This document shows positions 50,962 through 61,902 of a stretch of DNA of 64,000 nt, in pieces. The translations under genes and the position numbers were made by a program. Position 1 is the stretch's first letter; each line of letters starts with the position of its first letter. The stretch is from the NCBI GenBank assembly GCA_963721455.1, contig CAVRJG010000039.1:128001-192000 (forward strand), given 5' to 3'. Origin of the DNA: an uncultured Methanosarcinaceae archaeon (GTDB lineage Archaea; Halobacteriota; Methanosarcinia; Methanosarcinales; Methanosarcinaceae). Below the pieces are notes generated by a model. The model searched no databases, was not told where the DNA came from, and was given only the letters and a program-made list of their open reading frames with translations.

Positions 50962-52347
50962 ATGGTAAATAAATACACTTCAATGGCTTACGCCAATGCA
51001 GACGACATGCTTTTCGGGAACGCAAAATTCCCGGTAAAGGCAGGCCTTGGCCTTGAGATCGGTGCAGGATACACAACCCCTGAACTGAACTACGCCCCGA
51101 GACCTCAGGCCGGCAAGTCCATGGAAAAACTTGTTAAGGAATACGAAAGGATCACCACCGACTCAATGGCAAGAATGGTCCAGATCGGTGCACCTTCCAT
51201 AGTGCTTGAAACCGAACACGTAGAACAGATGTCCAACAACCCCTCCTGGGGAGCAGCAGTTGCACATGCCCAGAAGACCATCATGGAAGAATACCATGAC
51301 GAATACGGCATAAAGTGTGCACTCCGCCACACAATCGGTGACATCCGTGAAGACCGTGACTACCTCCAGCTTAGAGGAGACAAGTACAACACCTTCATGG
51401 AAGCTTTCGAAGAATGCGCCAAAGCCGGTGCAGACCTGCTTTCAGTAGAGAGCATGGGTGGTAAGGAAGTATTCGACTACTCCATTCTGAGAAATGACAC
51501 TGCCGGTATGCTTTTCGGTATCGGTGTGCTCGGCAGCATGGACATGGAAATGATCTGGAAAGACATTGCAGCAATTGCAAAGAAGACAGGAACTGTTTGT
51601 GCAGGTGACACAGACTGTGCCCAGGCAAACACTGCAATGTTTATCGCAGGCGGTCTGCTTGACAAGAACCTTGCCCACACAACTGCAATCGTTGCAAGGG
51701 CAATCTCTGCAGCAAGGTCCCTCTGTGCATACGAAGCCGGCGCAGTTGGCCCTGGAAAAGACTGTGGATATGAAAACACCATTGTCAAATCAATCTCAGG
51801 TGTTCCAATTGCTCAGGAAGGTAAAACCTCAACCTGTGCCCACTCTGACCTGATGGGTAACCTGACCATGCAGTGCTGTGACCTCTGGTCCAACGAGTCC
51901 GTTGAATACCACGGTGAATTCGGTGGTACCACAGTTCAGTGCTGGTCCGAAACCCTTGCATACGACTGTTCCATGATGAACGTCGCCCTTCAGACCGGAA
52001 AAGGAAAGGACCTCAGAGACATTCTCATGCTCTCCGACAGGTTCAGAGATCCACAGGGATACGTGCTTGCCTACGACAACGCCTACAAGGTAGGAGAGGC
52101 AATCGCAAAGGACGGAAACAACAACTATCTCCGTGCAAAGAATGCCGCAATCGAATCCTGCAAGATTGTCGAAGAAGGTGTCAACTCCGGCAAGCTCAGA
52201 CTCACAAGGTTCGAAGCCAGTGCTCTTGCAAAGGTTAAAGCCGACCTTGTAGCCCTCACCGACGATGCTGACAAGTTCATGAGCGACAACCTGACCAAAT
52301 TCAAACAAGAAGTTGCAGTTTTCAGACCTGAAAACTACGGGCTCTAA
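50962..52347 (+). CDS. mtaB: Methanol:corrinoid methyltransferase
   Basis: NYAPRP, VESMGGKE, DTDCAQAN, GPGKDCGYE, CDLWSNES. Confidence 0.95.
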   Translation: MVNKYTSMAYANADDMLFGNAKFPVKAGLGLEIGAGYTTPELNYAPRPQAGKSMEKLVKEYERITTDSMARMVQIGAPSIVLETEHVEQMSNNPSWGAAVAHAQKTIMEEYHDEYGIKCALRHTIGDIREDRDYLQLRGDKYNTFMEAFEECAKAGADLLSVESMGGKEVFDYSILRNDTAGMLFGIGVLGSMDMEMIWKDIAAIAKKTGTVCAGDTDCAQANTAMFIAGGLLDKNLAHTTAIVARAISAARSLCAYEAGAVGPGKDCGYENTIVKSISGVPIAQEGKTSTCAHSDLMGNLTMQCCDLWSNESVEYHGEFGGTTVQCWSETLAYDCSMMNVALQTGKGKDLRDILMLSDRFRDPQGYVLAYDNAYKVGEAIAKDGNNNYLRAKNAAIESCKIVEEGVNSGKLRLTRFEASALAKVKADLVALTDDADKFMSDNLTKFKQEVAVFRPENYGL

Positions 52348-52403
52348 ACCCTAAACTTCTTTTTTTTATTTTTTTACATAACTGGCGTCAGGAGAAAAAG
52401 ATC

Positions 52404-52988
52404 ATGAGCGAAAACGTAGGAACTGCTACCGTAATAGTCGACAAGACTGCAAACGCTGCCCCTCTTGGCTTTACCGGCCTGGGCCTTGCTGCAGTCCTGT
52501 TGAGTCTGAGCTACATCGGCGTATATCCCGTTGAATCAATGATAGTCTCTATGGCAATATTCTTAGGAGGATTCGCACAGGTATTTGCAGGAATTATGTC
52601 CTGGAAAAAAGGAGACGTTTTTGCAGGGACTGCATTTTCAGCTTTCGGCCTTTTCTGGTTTTCACTGGCCGGATTGATCATCATGCCCGCGCTCGGCTGG
52701 GCTGAAGCCTCTTCCGGAATCGCGATGGCCGCATATCTCTTCACCTGGGGTGCGTACACCTTTGTGATGCTGATTGTTACTATGAAGATCGGAGTTCGTG
52801 CCCTTCAATTTGTATTTGTTACATTATTTATATTGTTTATGCTGCTAGCCGTTGTAAACGCAACCGGAAATGCAGGATTACTTGTAGTAGCTGGATACGT
52901 AGGACTTATTATGGGCCTCGGATCTCTGTATACAGCCTTAGCCATGGTAATGAATGAAATCCATGGGAAAACGATTGCTCCGCTCTGA
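52404..52988 (+). CDS. GPR1/FUN34/YaaH (SatP) family acetate-type transporter
   Basis: ANAAPLGFTG signature, AFGLFW, six TM helices. Confidence 0.88.
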   Translation: MSENVGTATVIVDKTANAAPLGFTGLGLAAVLLSLSYIGVYPVESMIVSMAIFLGGFAQVFAGIMSWKKGDVFAGTAFSAFGLFWFSLAGLIIMPALGWAEASSGIAMAAYLFTWGAYTFVMLIVTMKIGVRALQFVFVTLFILFMLLAVVNATGNAGLLVVAGYVGLIMGLGSLYTALAMVMNEIHGKTIAPL

Positions 52989-53350
52989 AGATAAAGTAAT
53001 GACAGCATTACCTCAGAAAACCCAGAAAACCTGAGGAAAAACCTGTACCAGCCTCGAAGATCTGTATGAAACCCGTAAAAATAGCAGGAAGAAGTAGAAA
53101 AGATAGCTCAAATTAAGTCTCAGCCCTTGAAAACACAGGTTTCAAATCTGTGTTTTCCGGCCCTCTCCGTCAATCTGTTGCTGTCTTGAGTGGCGAAAAT
53201 TCTATGTTATGACCGCGTTAGGGAAAATACAGGTAATCGAGGGCCGGTTCAATTTTTATAAAGAATATCGTTTTTGTTTATTATCGGCCCGGCACAAAAG
53301 GGTCCGCTTTACGAAGAAAAATTAGAGAATTCATCAACGGTGAACTTCGA

Positions 53351-54304
53351 ATGAAAGCGGACAAAAAATTGGATAAAACCCGGAACAGATCTTATACGAA
53401 GCTTGCTTTGAGTTTTCTGCTCACTGTTTTCAAACTGCTCGCGGGACTTTCAGGAAACAGTACATTGCTTCTCGCTGATGCAGTCCGTTCCTTCTCCGAA
53501 TTTATCAACGAGTCTATAAGGCTTCTGGATCTTTTTATCGCAAACAAGCCTGAAGATAAAAACCACAATTACGGACACGGAAAAATTGCAACCCTCTGTA
53601 AGGGAGCAGGGGCCTGTATGCTTCTTTTAGCAGGTTTTCATGCCTTCTCTCTGAGTTCTGGAGAGTTGCTCATGTTTATACAGGGTAAAGAGCCAGAAGC
53701 TCCTGAAATGATTGCACTCTTTGCAGCAGCCTCAGCCTTTGTATCAAGAGATATTATCTTTGCAGAGGGTGGCGAACCGCGAGTTAAGGAGTCTCCCTCA
53801 AAGACCCGCGCTCACATTAAAGATTTATTCCTTCCTGGCTTTGTTATCCTTGGCATAGGGTGCACATTCCTGCCCGGAAAAAGTTTTGATATCGCAGATT
53901 CTTTTGCCGCTGTTTTTTTAAGCCTTTATCTTCTCTGGAATTCGTGCAGGCTTCTCTACAGGACTGCAAACGAGCTTATAGAAGCTTCCCTTGAGGAGGA
54001 AAATAACCGGAGAATCAGGGAAATAATAAACCAAACCGAAAGTGTTACGGATTGCGGGGACCTTAAAACCCGCAGGATAGGAAAAAGAATAGCAATCAAT
54101 GTCTGTCTCAGTGTTAATAACTCCCTGAGTATCCGGGAAGCTGTAGAGATCACAAACCTTGTCGAAGAAAGACTGAAAGCAGCTTTTGGAGAAGATGCAT
54201 ACGTACTTATAAAAATCGAACCCAGCCAGGGAAAGAACCAAACTTTTAAAAACAGGAGCCGATCTTCTGAAGAAGAGAGAAGGAAAACAGGAACTTTAGT
54301 TTGA
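53351..54304 (+). CDS. Cation diffusion facilitator-like protein
   Basis: GNS..LLADA, HNYGHGK; C-terminal dimerisation domain LKTRRIG..IEP. Confidence 0.75.
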   Translation: MKADKKLDKTRNRSYTKLALSFLLTVFKLLAGLSGNSTLLLADAVRSFSEFINESIRLLDLFIANKPEDKNHNYGHGKIATLCKGAGACMLLLAGFHAFSLSSGELLMFIQGKEPEAPEMIALFAAASAFVSRDIIFAEGGEPRVKESPSKTRAHIKDLFLPGFVILGIGCTFLPGKSFDIADSFAAVFLSLYLLWNSCRLLYRTANELIEASLEEENNRRIREIINQTESVTDCGDLKTRRIGKRIAINVCLSVNNSLSIREAVEITNLVEERLKAAFGEDAYVLIKIEPSQGKNQTFKNRSRSSEEERRKTGTLV

Positions 54305-54521
54305 CAAGATAAATATATAGAAAAAAATAAAATAATAATATGAGAATAGTGGTGTGGAAAAACCAGACTTGAAAACGGAAAGTTAGAAAGATACCAGTGC
54401 CTGGATTCGATACATATCTGAATTTTATCAGTTGCTGAAGAATATTAATTATCAGAATTTGAAAATGATCTGGAAAGCCTGGGGAAGTTAGATCCAATTC
54501 GCAAAAGAGGTTAGTAAAAAA

Positions 54522-56531
54522 ATGCACTTCAGTCTTGGAATCGATGCGGGGGGTACTTATACTGATGCCGTGATCGTAAGGGATTCTGATGGAGAAGTAG
54601 TCGAATCCAGTAAAGCCCTGACCACCTATCCCGACCCCCTTCCTGGAATGAAAAGCGCTATTGACAGGCTGGACCCCGGGTATCTTAAAGACATTAAGCT
54701 GGTATCCGTATCTACAACCCTGTCTACAAATACTATTCTGGAAAGTACCGGCTTTCCTGTAGGGCTGATTATGGTAGGGGATTATGTAATTCCTGAGAAG
54801 CTTCCTACGTACTACTGGGTGAAGGTCTCAGGGGGGCATAACAGTGACGGTGAAGAACTGAAGACCCTTGACCTTGATTCCGTAAAGGAATTCGCCCTCA
54901 AGGTAAAAAATAAAGTGTCGGCTTTTGCGGTTTCTTCATATTTCAGCAACCGCAACCCTGAACATGAGCTTGCTGTCAAAAAAGCCGTAAAGGAACTGAC
55001 AGGGCACCCTGTAGTCTGCGGGCATGAACTCTCCCAGGATCTTGGAGCCTATGAAAGGGCTATAACCGCATTTCTTAATGCCCAGCTAATTCCTATTACC
55101 CATAAGTTTATCCAGTCAATAATCGAGGAGTTCGAGATCAGAGGGATCAATGCAAACCTGTTGATGCTGAAATGCGATGGGTCTGTGGTTGGAATCGAAG
55201 AAGCCCTGGAAAAACCCATAGAGACCATATTCTCAGGGCCTGCCGCAAGCCTTGTGGGTGCGTCTCACCTGAGCAGGCTCAATACCTGTGCTATGATTGA
55301 CGTGGGCGGCACGAGCACGGATGTAGCTATGATGGAGAACGGGTTCCCGCAACTCAGCAATTCGGGAGCAGTCGTTGGAGGCTGGCAGACGCGTGTAAAA
55401 GCCATCCGCATGGAGACCTCGGCAACCGGTGGGGATAGCCATGTCTGGGTAAAGGGCGACAGAATTTATGTAGGCCCCCGTCGGGTCATTCCCCTCTGCA
55501 GGGCTTCTGCCGTATACCCTGGTTTCAGGGAAAAATTGAAGCAGAACAGGGTCGCAAAAGGATATTTCTGCGAAAGTATTCAGGTAACAAAATTTTTTGT
55601 CAGGACCGGCTTCAGGCCTATCGAGTTAAAGGCAGGAGAGCGGGAAATCTACCGGCATATAGGAAAAGAGCCTGTTTCCTTCGGGGACCTGCTCGTGGCA
55701 CTGAAAAAACGTCCTTCTCCCTCGATGCTGGACTCATTAATCCAGAAAAGGCTGATTCAGGCAATAGGTTTTACACCTACGGACGCTCTTCATGTGCTTG
55801 GAGAATACACCGAATGGGACGTGGAAGCTGCAAAAATAGGGGCTTCCATGCTTGGAAGAATATTGAAACAGAGCCCTGCGGCTTTCAGTGAGGAAGCAAA
55901 ACATAAGGTTGCGCATAATATTGCCGAAGACCTGATTGCCTACCTCATAGAGGGAATGCCTAGAAAAGAGGTTGACAGGGTTCTTATGGGAAAAAACTTT
56001 ACCCGCTTCAGAGTGGAAATTCCGGTGGTTCTTCTCGGAGGGCCTGTAAAGGCATATGTTGAGGAACTGAGAAACCTGATTAATGCTGATTTTATAGTTC
56101 CCGAGCACGCTGATGTAGGCAATGCTGTCGGCGCCCTTGTAGGAAAAGGAATAAAAAGAGTAGAGATTCTCATAAAAACAAGGGTTATCCCTAAGTCCAG
56201 CGAGGATGAAGCTGAAAACCTGGATTACGAAACTCACGAGAGCTGTATTATAGAAGGTGCCTTGCAGCATGAAAAGAAAAACGAGTTTATTGTCTTTTCT
56301 CCTTCTGGCAGGAAGAAATTTGAAATATATAGCGAATCCCTTGAATACGCAGAAAAGCTCGGAAGGCAACTTGTTATGGATTACATGGTGAGCGCAGGGC
56401 TTGAAAAAGAAAATATAAAAATAGACGTAAGTAGAAAGCATCTGGCTCCAGTCGGCTGGACGGACGTACCCCTGGAAACAAAACTTGTTTTTGTAGGAGT
56501 GGGGATCCCGAGAACCGCGGTGACGGTCTGA
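54522..56531 (+). CDS. Hydantoinase/oxoprolinase A-family protein
   Basis: GIDAGGTYTD, STTLSTN, SGPAAS, DVGGTSTD, TPTDALH, NAVGA. Confidence 0.88.
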   Translation: MHFSLGIDAGGTYTDAVIVRDSDGEVVESSKALTTYPDPLPGMKSAIDRLDPGYLKDIKLVSVSTTLSTNTILESTGFPVGLIMVGDYVIPEKLPTYYWVKVSGGHNSDGEELKTLDLDSVKEFALKVKNKVSAFAVSSYFSNRNPEHELAVKKAVKELTGHPVVCGHELSQDLGAYERAITAFLNAQLIPITHKFIQSIIEEFEIRGINANLLMLKCDGSVVGIEEALEKPIETIFSGPAASLVGASHLSRLNTCAMIDVGGTSTDVAMMENGFPQLSNSGAVVGGWQTRVKAIRMETSATGGDSHVWVKGDRIYVGPRRVIPLCRASAVYPGFREKLKQNRVAKGYFCESIQVTKFFVRTGFRPIELKAGEREIYRHIGKEPVSFGDLLVALKKRPSPSMLDSLIQKRLIQAIGFTPTDALHVLGEYTEWDVEAAKIGASMLGRILKQSPAAFSEEAKHKVAHNIAEDLIAYLIEGMPRKEVDRVLMGKNFTRFRVEIPVVLLGGPVKAYVEELRNLINADFIVPEHADVGNAVGALVGKGIKRVEILIKTRVIPKSSEDEAENLDYETHESCIIEGALQHEKKNEFIVFSPSGRKKFEIYSESLEYAEKLGRQLVMDYMVSAGLEKENIKIDVSRKHLAPVGWTDVPLETKLVFVGVGIPRTAVTV

Positions 56532-56684
56532 AAAGATAGGTAGATCGGGATGTCAGTAGCCGCAGATTATAAACAGAGATATATATCTTGAGAAATCATT
56601 TCACAAATCCGGATAAAAAGGATGTGTACCGCTAAAAAAGGACATGAATTGCGTAATATAGAGTGAAAATGGGGCTGTTTTGAC

Positions 56685-58613
56685 ATGCAATATAGTCTGG
56701 GTATTGACGCAGGCGGAACTTACACCGATGCTGTAATCTTAAGAGATTCGGACAGCCGGATTCTTGATACCAGCAAGGCGATTACCACCTATCCAAACCT
56801 TATGACCGGAATTCGGAATGCAATTGATAAGTTGAATCCGGAATACCTCAGTAAAGTAAAACTTGTATCGGTTTCCACAACTCTTTCAACTAATACTATT
56901 CTCGAAAGGACCGGATATCCTGTTGGCCTGATCCTTGTCGGGGACTATACCGTCCCGAGGGAACTTCCGGCAGACTACTGTATTACTGTGAGAGGAGGGC
57001 ATGACAGTAATGGAGATGAGCTGCAACCTCTGGATCTCACTGCTGTAGAACAGTTTGCAGTGAGCCTGAAAAAGAAAGTCTCTGCGTTTGCCGTTTCTTC
57101 ATATTTCAGTACAAGAAATCCGGAACATGAGCTTAAAATTAAGAAGACCATCCTTAAATTGACAGGGCATCCTGTAGTTTGCGGACATGAACTTTCTCAG
57201 GAACTGGGAGCTTACGAAAGGGCAGCCACAGCCGTCTTAAACGCCCAGCTAATTCCCATAACCTATGAATTTATTCATTCAATCATGGCCGAAGTAAGGG
57301 AAAGAAACCTTGATGCGAAGATCCTCATGCTGAAATGTGACGGCTCGGTCATTGATATAAAAGGAGCAAAACTGCGTCCCATTGAAACCATATTCTCAGG
57401 CCCTGCAGCAAGTATTATGGGAGCTTCTCACCTTTCAGGACTGGATACCTGCGCTGTGATCGATGTTGGAGGGACAAGCACGGATGTCTCCATAATAAAA
57501 AAAGGAGTTCCGGAGCTTTGTGAGAAAGGGGCAGTTGTAGGAGGCTGGCAAACCCGGGTAAAGGCAATAAAAATGGAGAGTTCCGCAAACGGGGGAGATA
57601 GCCACGTATGGTTCAAGAAATACGTCAGGATAGGCCCGAGAAGGGTGATGCCCCTCTGCTTTGCTGCGGTAAAGTACCCGAATTTTAAGGAAAAGCTGGA
57701 GAAAAACCCCATACCTCTGAGAACCATGCTCAATGAGCATATTCAGCCCACGAAATTTTTTGTAAGTACTGGAGTAACACCCATTAATCCCACCGAAAGT
57801 GAGAAAAAATTACTGGAAGTTATACGGGATGAGCCTCTTTCCATCCACGATATCTTAAATAAAATGAAGCGATTCCCCTCGCCAGCAGTCCTGGAGTCTC
57901 TGATTCAGCAGCGCTTGATCCAGGCTATAGGTTTTACGCCGACTGATGCCCTGCATGTCCTCGGGGAATATACTGAATGGGATGTAGAAACTGCCCAGAT
58001 CGGAGCCAAAAAACTTTCACGTTTCACTAATATGGGAGTTCATGCCTTTTGCAAAAAAGTAAAGCAGCAGGTTGCAAGAAATATGGCTTACAGCCTGATG
58101 TCCTTTATCATGGAAGGGAGGGGAAAAGATGGGATAAAAAAAATGTTTGAGGAAGATATCCCTGTCCAGTACAAATTAAGTATCCCTATAGTCCTGCTCG
58201 GGGGGCCTGTAAAGGCTTATTATGAAGAAATGAAGGCTCTTATTGATGCTGAGATCATAGTTCCTGAACAGGCCAGGATAGGGAATGCAGTTGGAGCCCT
58301 CGTAGGAAAAGGGATTAAAAGAATTGAGATAATTATCAGGCCACAATCGATGGAAAATCCGGACCGGAACTTCCTGGTATTTACCCCTGCAGGAAGGAAA
58401 AAATTTGAGCAATACAGGACTGCAGTAGAATACTGTCATAAAACTGGCGAAGAACTTATCCTGGATTCAATGAAAGATTTTGGACTCCCGGAAGGCTCAA
58501 TAAAAATAGACACAAGCGTGGAATACCTTTCTCCTCCGGGCTGGAAACAGACGCCAATGGAGACAAAAATGACCTTTGTAGGGATCTGTACCCCTGGTAT
58601 TTTAATTAACTAA
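56685..58613 (+). CDS. Hydantoinase/oxoprolinase A-family protein (tandem paralogue)
   Basis: Same motifs as the 54522 gene. Confidence 0.88.
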   Translation: MQYSLGIDAGGTYTDAVILRDSDSRILDTSKAITTYPNLMTGIRNAIDKLNPEYLSKVKLVSVSTTLSTNTILERTGYPVGLILVGDYTVPRELPADYCITVRGGHDSNGDELQPLDLTAVEQFAVSLKKKVSAFAVSSYFSTRNPEHELKIKKTILKLTGHPVVCGHELSQELGAYERAATAVLNAQLIPITYEFIHSIMAEVRERNLDAKILMLKCDGSVIDIKGAKLRPIETIFSGPAASIMGASHLSGLDTCAVIDVGGTSTDVSIIKKGVPELCEKGAVVGGWQTRVKAIKMESSANGGDSHVWFKKYVRIGPRRVMPLCFAAVKYPNFKEKLEKNPIPLRTMLNEHIQPTKFFVSTGVTPINPTESEKKLLEVIRDEPLSIHDILNKMKRFPSPAVLESLIQQRLIQAIGFTPTDALHVLGEYTEWDVETAQIGAKKLSRFTNMGVHAFCKKVKQQVARNMAYSLMSFIMEGRGKDGIKKMFEEDIPVQYKLSIPIVLLGGPVKAYYEEMKALIDAEIIVPEQARIGNAVGALVGKGIKRIEIIIRPQSMENPDRNFLVFTPAGRKKFEQYRTAVEYCHKTGEELILDSMKDFGLPEGSIKIDTSVEYLSPPGWKQTPMETKMTFVGICTPGILIN

Positions 58614-58760
58614 AAAAGACAATAATCTACTGGATTAAAAGATTGATCTAAAAAGGCAGGAGAAATGCTTAAGTTGAACATGAACAGCAAAGGAACCAGC
58701 CTGCCGGAAAGAAGGGTCGGCGGCAAATGCAAGATACTGAATAACAGGAAGTAAGGAAAT

Positions 58761-59546
58761 ATGGATTCTTCACTTATTGATCTTGTTTTCCGCTCCGATA
58801 AGAGAAAAAACCTTCTTATATTGCTGGATAACGGCTCAAAAAATATTGATGAAATCAGAGACGAACTTGATGTTACAGCCACGTCGATTCTCCCCCAGAT
58901 AAAGAAACTGATAGATAATGACCTTATTGTCCAGGAAGACAGGATGTATAAACTCACAGTTCTTGGAGAGTTTATCATCAAGAAAATAAAGCCCCTGATA
59001 AGTGCCCTTGAAGTAGTGGAGAAAAATAACATTTACTGGACAGGTCACGACCTGAACTCGATTCCGCGCCATCTACTGGAACGTATATCCGAACTTGGGG
59101 ACTGCATCTTTGTCGAGCCCGACCTGAACCACATCTATGAGCCCGCTCAGGAGATTATTGACAGCATGGGCAATGCAAAAAGGGTTTCGACTTTTGCTTC
59201 TTATTTCAACCCTGCATATCTCCCCCTGTATGTCGAGCTTGGCAGAAAAGATGCCGAACTTTCCCTGAATTTTACCCAGTCTGTCTGGGACCACCTTTCA
59301 AACGAACACTCAAATATGATAACGGAATTAATGGACATGGATAATGTAAGCCTTTATGTTTCTAAAGAAGGGATAAAGATTAGTGAAGTTACCGTCACTG
59401 ATAGGATAATGCTTCTTGGGCTCTTTGATAAAAAAGGAAAATTCGACCAGCAATTCATCATGAGTTTTGAGCCCGGCGCCCTTCGATGGGGCCAGGAGTT
59501 ATTTGAGTATTTCAAGAGGCTTTCCAGACAGGTAAATAAGATATAA
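58761..59546 (+). CDS. Msr-type winged-HTH regulator (msrD-like by position)
   Basis: FRSDKRKNLLILL, SFEPGALRWG. Confidence 0.85.
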   Translation: MDSSLIDLVFRSDKRKNLLILLDNGSKNIDEIRDELDVTATSILPQIKKLIDNDLIVQEDRMYKLTVLGEFIIKKIKPLISALEVVEKNNIYWTGHDLNSIPRHLLERISELGDCIFVEPDLNHIYEPAQEIIDSMGNAKRVSTFASYFNPAYLPLYVELGRKDAELSLNFTQSVWDHLSNEHSNMITELMDMDNVSLYVSKEGIKISEVTVTDRIMLLGLFDKKGKFDQQFIMSFEPGALRWGQELFEYFKRLSRQVNKI

Positions 59547-59883
59547 TAAAATAATGAGAGATCCCCTAAACCCCAGCCACCTTCAAATGTAATTACAATC
59601 CCAATAAGCCGGCAAAGGAAAACTCTCAGAGAACTGCCAGATAAGATTCCTTATGGCGACATATAAGAAAATAATGAAAGATAATTATATATTTCATAGT
59701 AGTAATCTGCTGCATAAAAATGGTAATTCTCTTTACACCCCCGAGTGTACACCCCAAAGGCCCTTTCTCCCATAAAAAGATTATAATGGCAAGGGAAGAA
59801 GGTGCGAGAAGTGCAGAGTCTTCTGGTACAGAGATATATACAATGTTAGATATAATAGGATGAAACCTAAGAGAGGGAATCAG

Positions 59884-60675
59884 ATGGAGTCATCATTACT
59901 GGATGTTCTCTTTCTTTCAGAAAAAAGGAAAAATCTCCTTCTGCTGCTCCTGGACGGACCCAAGAACATTGAAGAGATCAAAAATACGCTTGATGTCCGC
60001 TCAAGCCCGATAATGACCCAGATAAAAATACTAATGAAGCAGGATCTTGTTGTTGAGAATAACAGGCTCTACAAACTCACCAGTATCGGAGAAATTCTGG
60101 TCCCGAAAATGAAGACAATCCTGGAAACGTTTAATGTTTTCGATAAAAACCACGATTATTGGATAAACCAGGATATGACGTCAATTCCTCCTGAATTTCT
60201 TGACAGCATTGGAAAGCTTGGAGACTATATCGAAGTAAATCCTGACCGAAACCACGTGTTTGAATATCCTAAAGAGGTTGTAAAACATCTTTCCGAATCG
60301 GAGAAGGTGATGATTTCATCCTCTTTTTTCCTGCCAATCTATCCGTCCCTTTGCATCGAACTTGCCGCAAAAGGTACGGATATAACCCTGGTTTTCACAG
60401 AATACGTTTACGATAGAATGCTCAATGATTACAAGCGAGAACTTGAACATTTCCTGAACATGAAATACACCAGACTTTACGTCTGTAATAATAATAATAT
60501 GAAAATAGCCTCAAGCATAGTTACGGAAAAGTTCACGGCACTTTCTCTCTTTTGTAACAGCGGCATTTACTACAACCATAACCTTGTAAGCTTTGATGAG
60601 AGTGCACTTAGATGGGGAAAAGAACTTTTTGACCATTATAAGGGCGTGGCAAGACCTATTACAAAGGTCGGATAA
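59884..60675 (+). CDS. Msr-type winged-HTH regulator (msrE-like by position)
   Basis: FLSEKRKNLLLLL, SFDESALRWG. Confidence 0.85.
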   Translation: MESSLLDVLFLSEKRKNLLLLLLDGPKNIEEIKNTLDVRSSPIMTQIKILMKQDLVVENNRLYKLTSIGEILVPKMKTILETFNVFDKNHDYWINQDMTSIPPEFLDSIGKLGDYIEVNPDRNHVFEYPKEVVKHLSESEKVMISSSFFLPIYPSLCIELAAKGTDITLVFTEYVYDRMLNDYKRELEHFLNMKYTRLYVCNNNNMKIASSIVTEKFTALSLFCNSGIYYNHNLVSFDESALRWGKELFDHYKGVARPITKVG

Positions 60676-61166
60676 TTTTTTCTCCAGATATTGGTATAGT
60701 TCTCACTCTGCAGAGAACTAAAAATCTGAACTTTTCTATTGAGCCCATCCCGAAGGACAAGATTTCGGCTCTTCAGGGCTTTCTTTGGGTCAGGTCTTGG
60801 AAACATCGGCATGGTTAACTTCTCCCCAGGGCCTCAAAGACCTCTCTTCTCCTCGAAAACTTCATCAACAGCCTGTCGAACTCCTTATCTGACAGATATG
60901 GCTCCTCTACCTTTACAGGCTGCCTCAAAACTCAATCCGTTTCTACAATTCAGAGAAAATATTCTACTATAGGGTTAATTAGTATCTGAATTTCAGAATA
61001 ATTGCCTATCTAAATTTAAATTCAATATTGCCCATTATCTAATTATAGAATCAAATGTAATTTTGAGACAGCCTGAGTAGTATAATAATTAAAATATTGT
61101 AATTATTCACACGCTCATTGAAGAGAAGCATATTGCCGTTGAAGAAAAGGAGCCTGAAAAGGAAAA

Positions 61167-61466
61167 ATGAAAACAAAAATGGATCAGTTTCCGGCAACGA
61201 ACCCGAATCCTGTGCTCAGTGTGGAAAAGGATGGGACGGTTCTTTATTCAAATGGAGCAGGGGAGCCCTTATTGCATGAGTGGGGCGTGGGAATCGGAGA
61301 AAAACTGCCTTCATGTATCGGAAATTTTGTGCAAAGGGTAATTTCCCGGAATGGCCCGGAAAAAGTGGAAGTCAAAGTTGGAAAAAGAGTATACCTGGTC
61401 GCGTTTCTTAAGAGAGCGCAGGGAACGGAATTCAGAATTACATTCGATGTTGCGGAAAGATCATAA
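61167..61466 (+). pseudogene. Internally deleted PAS sensor kinase remnant
   Basis: PAS N-terminus (NPNPVL..DGTVLYSN) joined to LKRAQGTEFRITF, resembling the last strand of a HATPase domain. Confidence 0.6.
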
Positions 61467-61529
61467 GCAAGGACGTTTTATCCGAAAATAATTTCACTTC
61501 GAAACTTGTTTTATTTTATCCCAGATCTG

Positions 61530-61636
61530 ACTTACGCAATTGAGGTACAAAACCCGGTACAACAGCTGTGGCTGAATTCATGTTTTGTACAGTAAAAAGT
61601 TTCTGCCCCCGATTTTCATTTTAATTGTGTACAGTC
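61530..61636. mobile_element. Degenerate MITE-like element with family-2 ends
   Basis: GACTTACGCAATT ... AATTGTGTACAGTC. Confidence 0.45.
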
Positions 61637-61902
61637 GTGACTATTCCCCTAAATTGAGAAGTCACACACTTATACGGCTTTCGCTGCAGGGATATAACAG
61701 CTGTTTGAAGGGGTTTATGATGTGCACTTTTAGATTCTAACTCAGTGTCCTTACAATTTCATATTTGTGGTTTAGGAAGCGTTTTTCACATAAATGAAAT
61801 GAATTAAGTTCCTTTTATTTCATAATATGAATGGTTTTGTCATATTTTGTCATTACATTATTGAGACCCACATTTACAATGTGAATATCTGTAGTTAGGT
61901 TG

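Noticed and set aside
60740-60800. GAGCCCATCCCGAAG resembling a family-1 MITE end
   Set aside because: No matching interior and only a weak partner end
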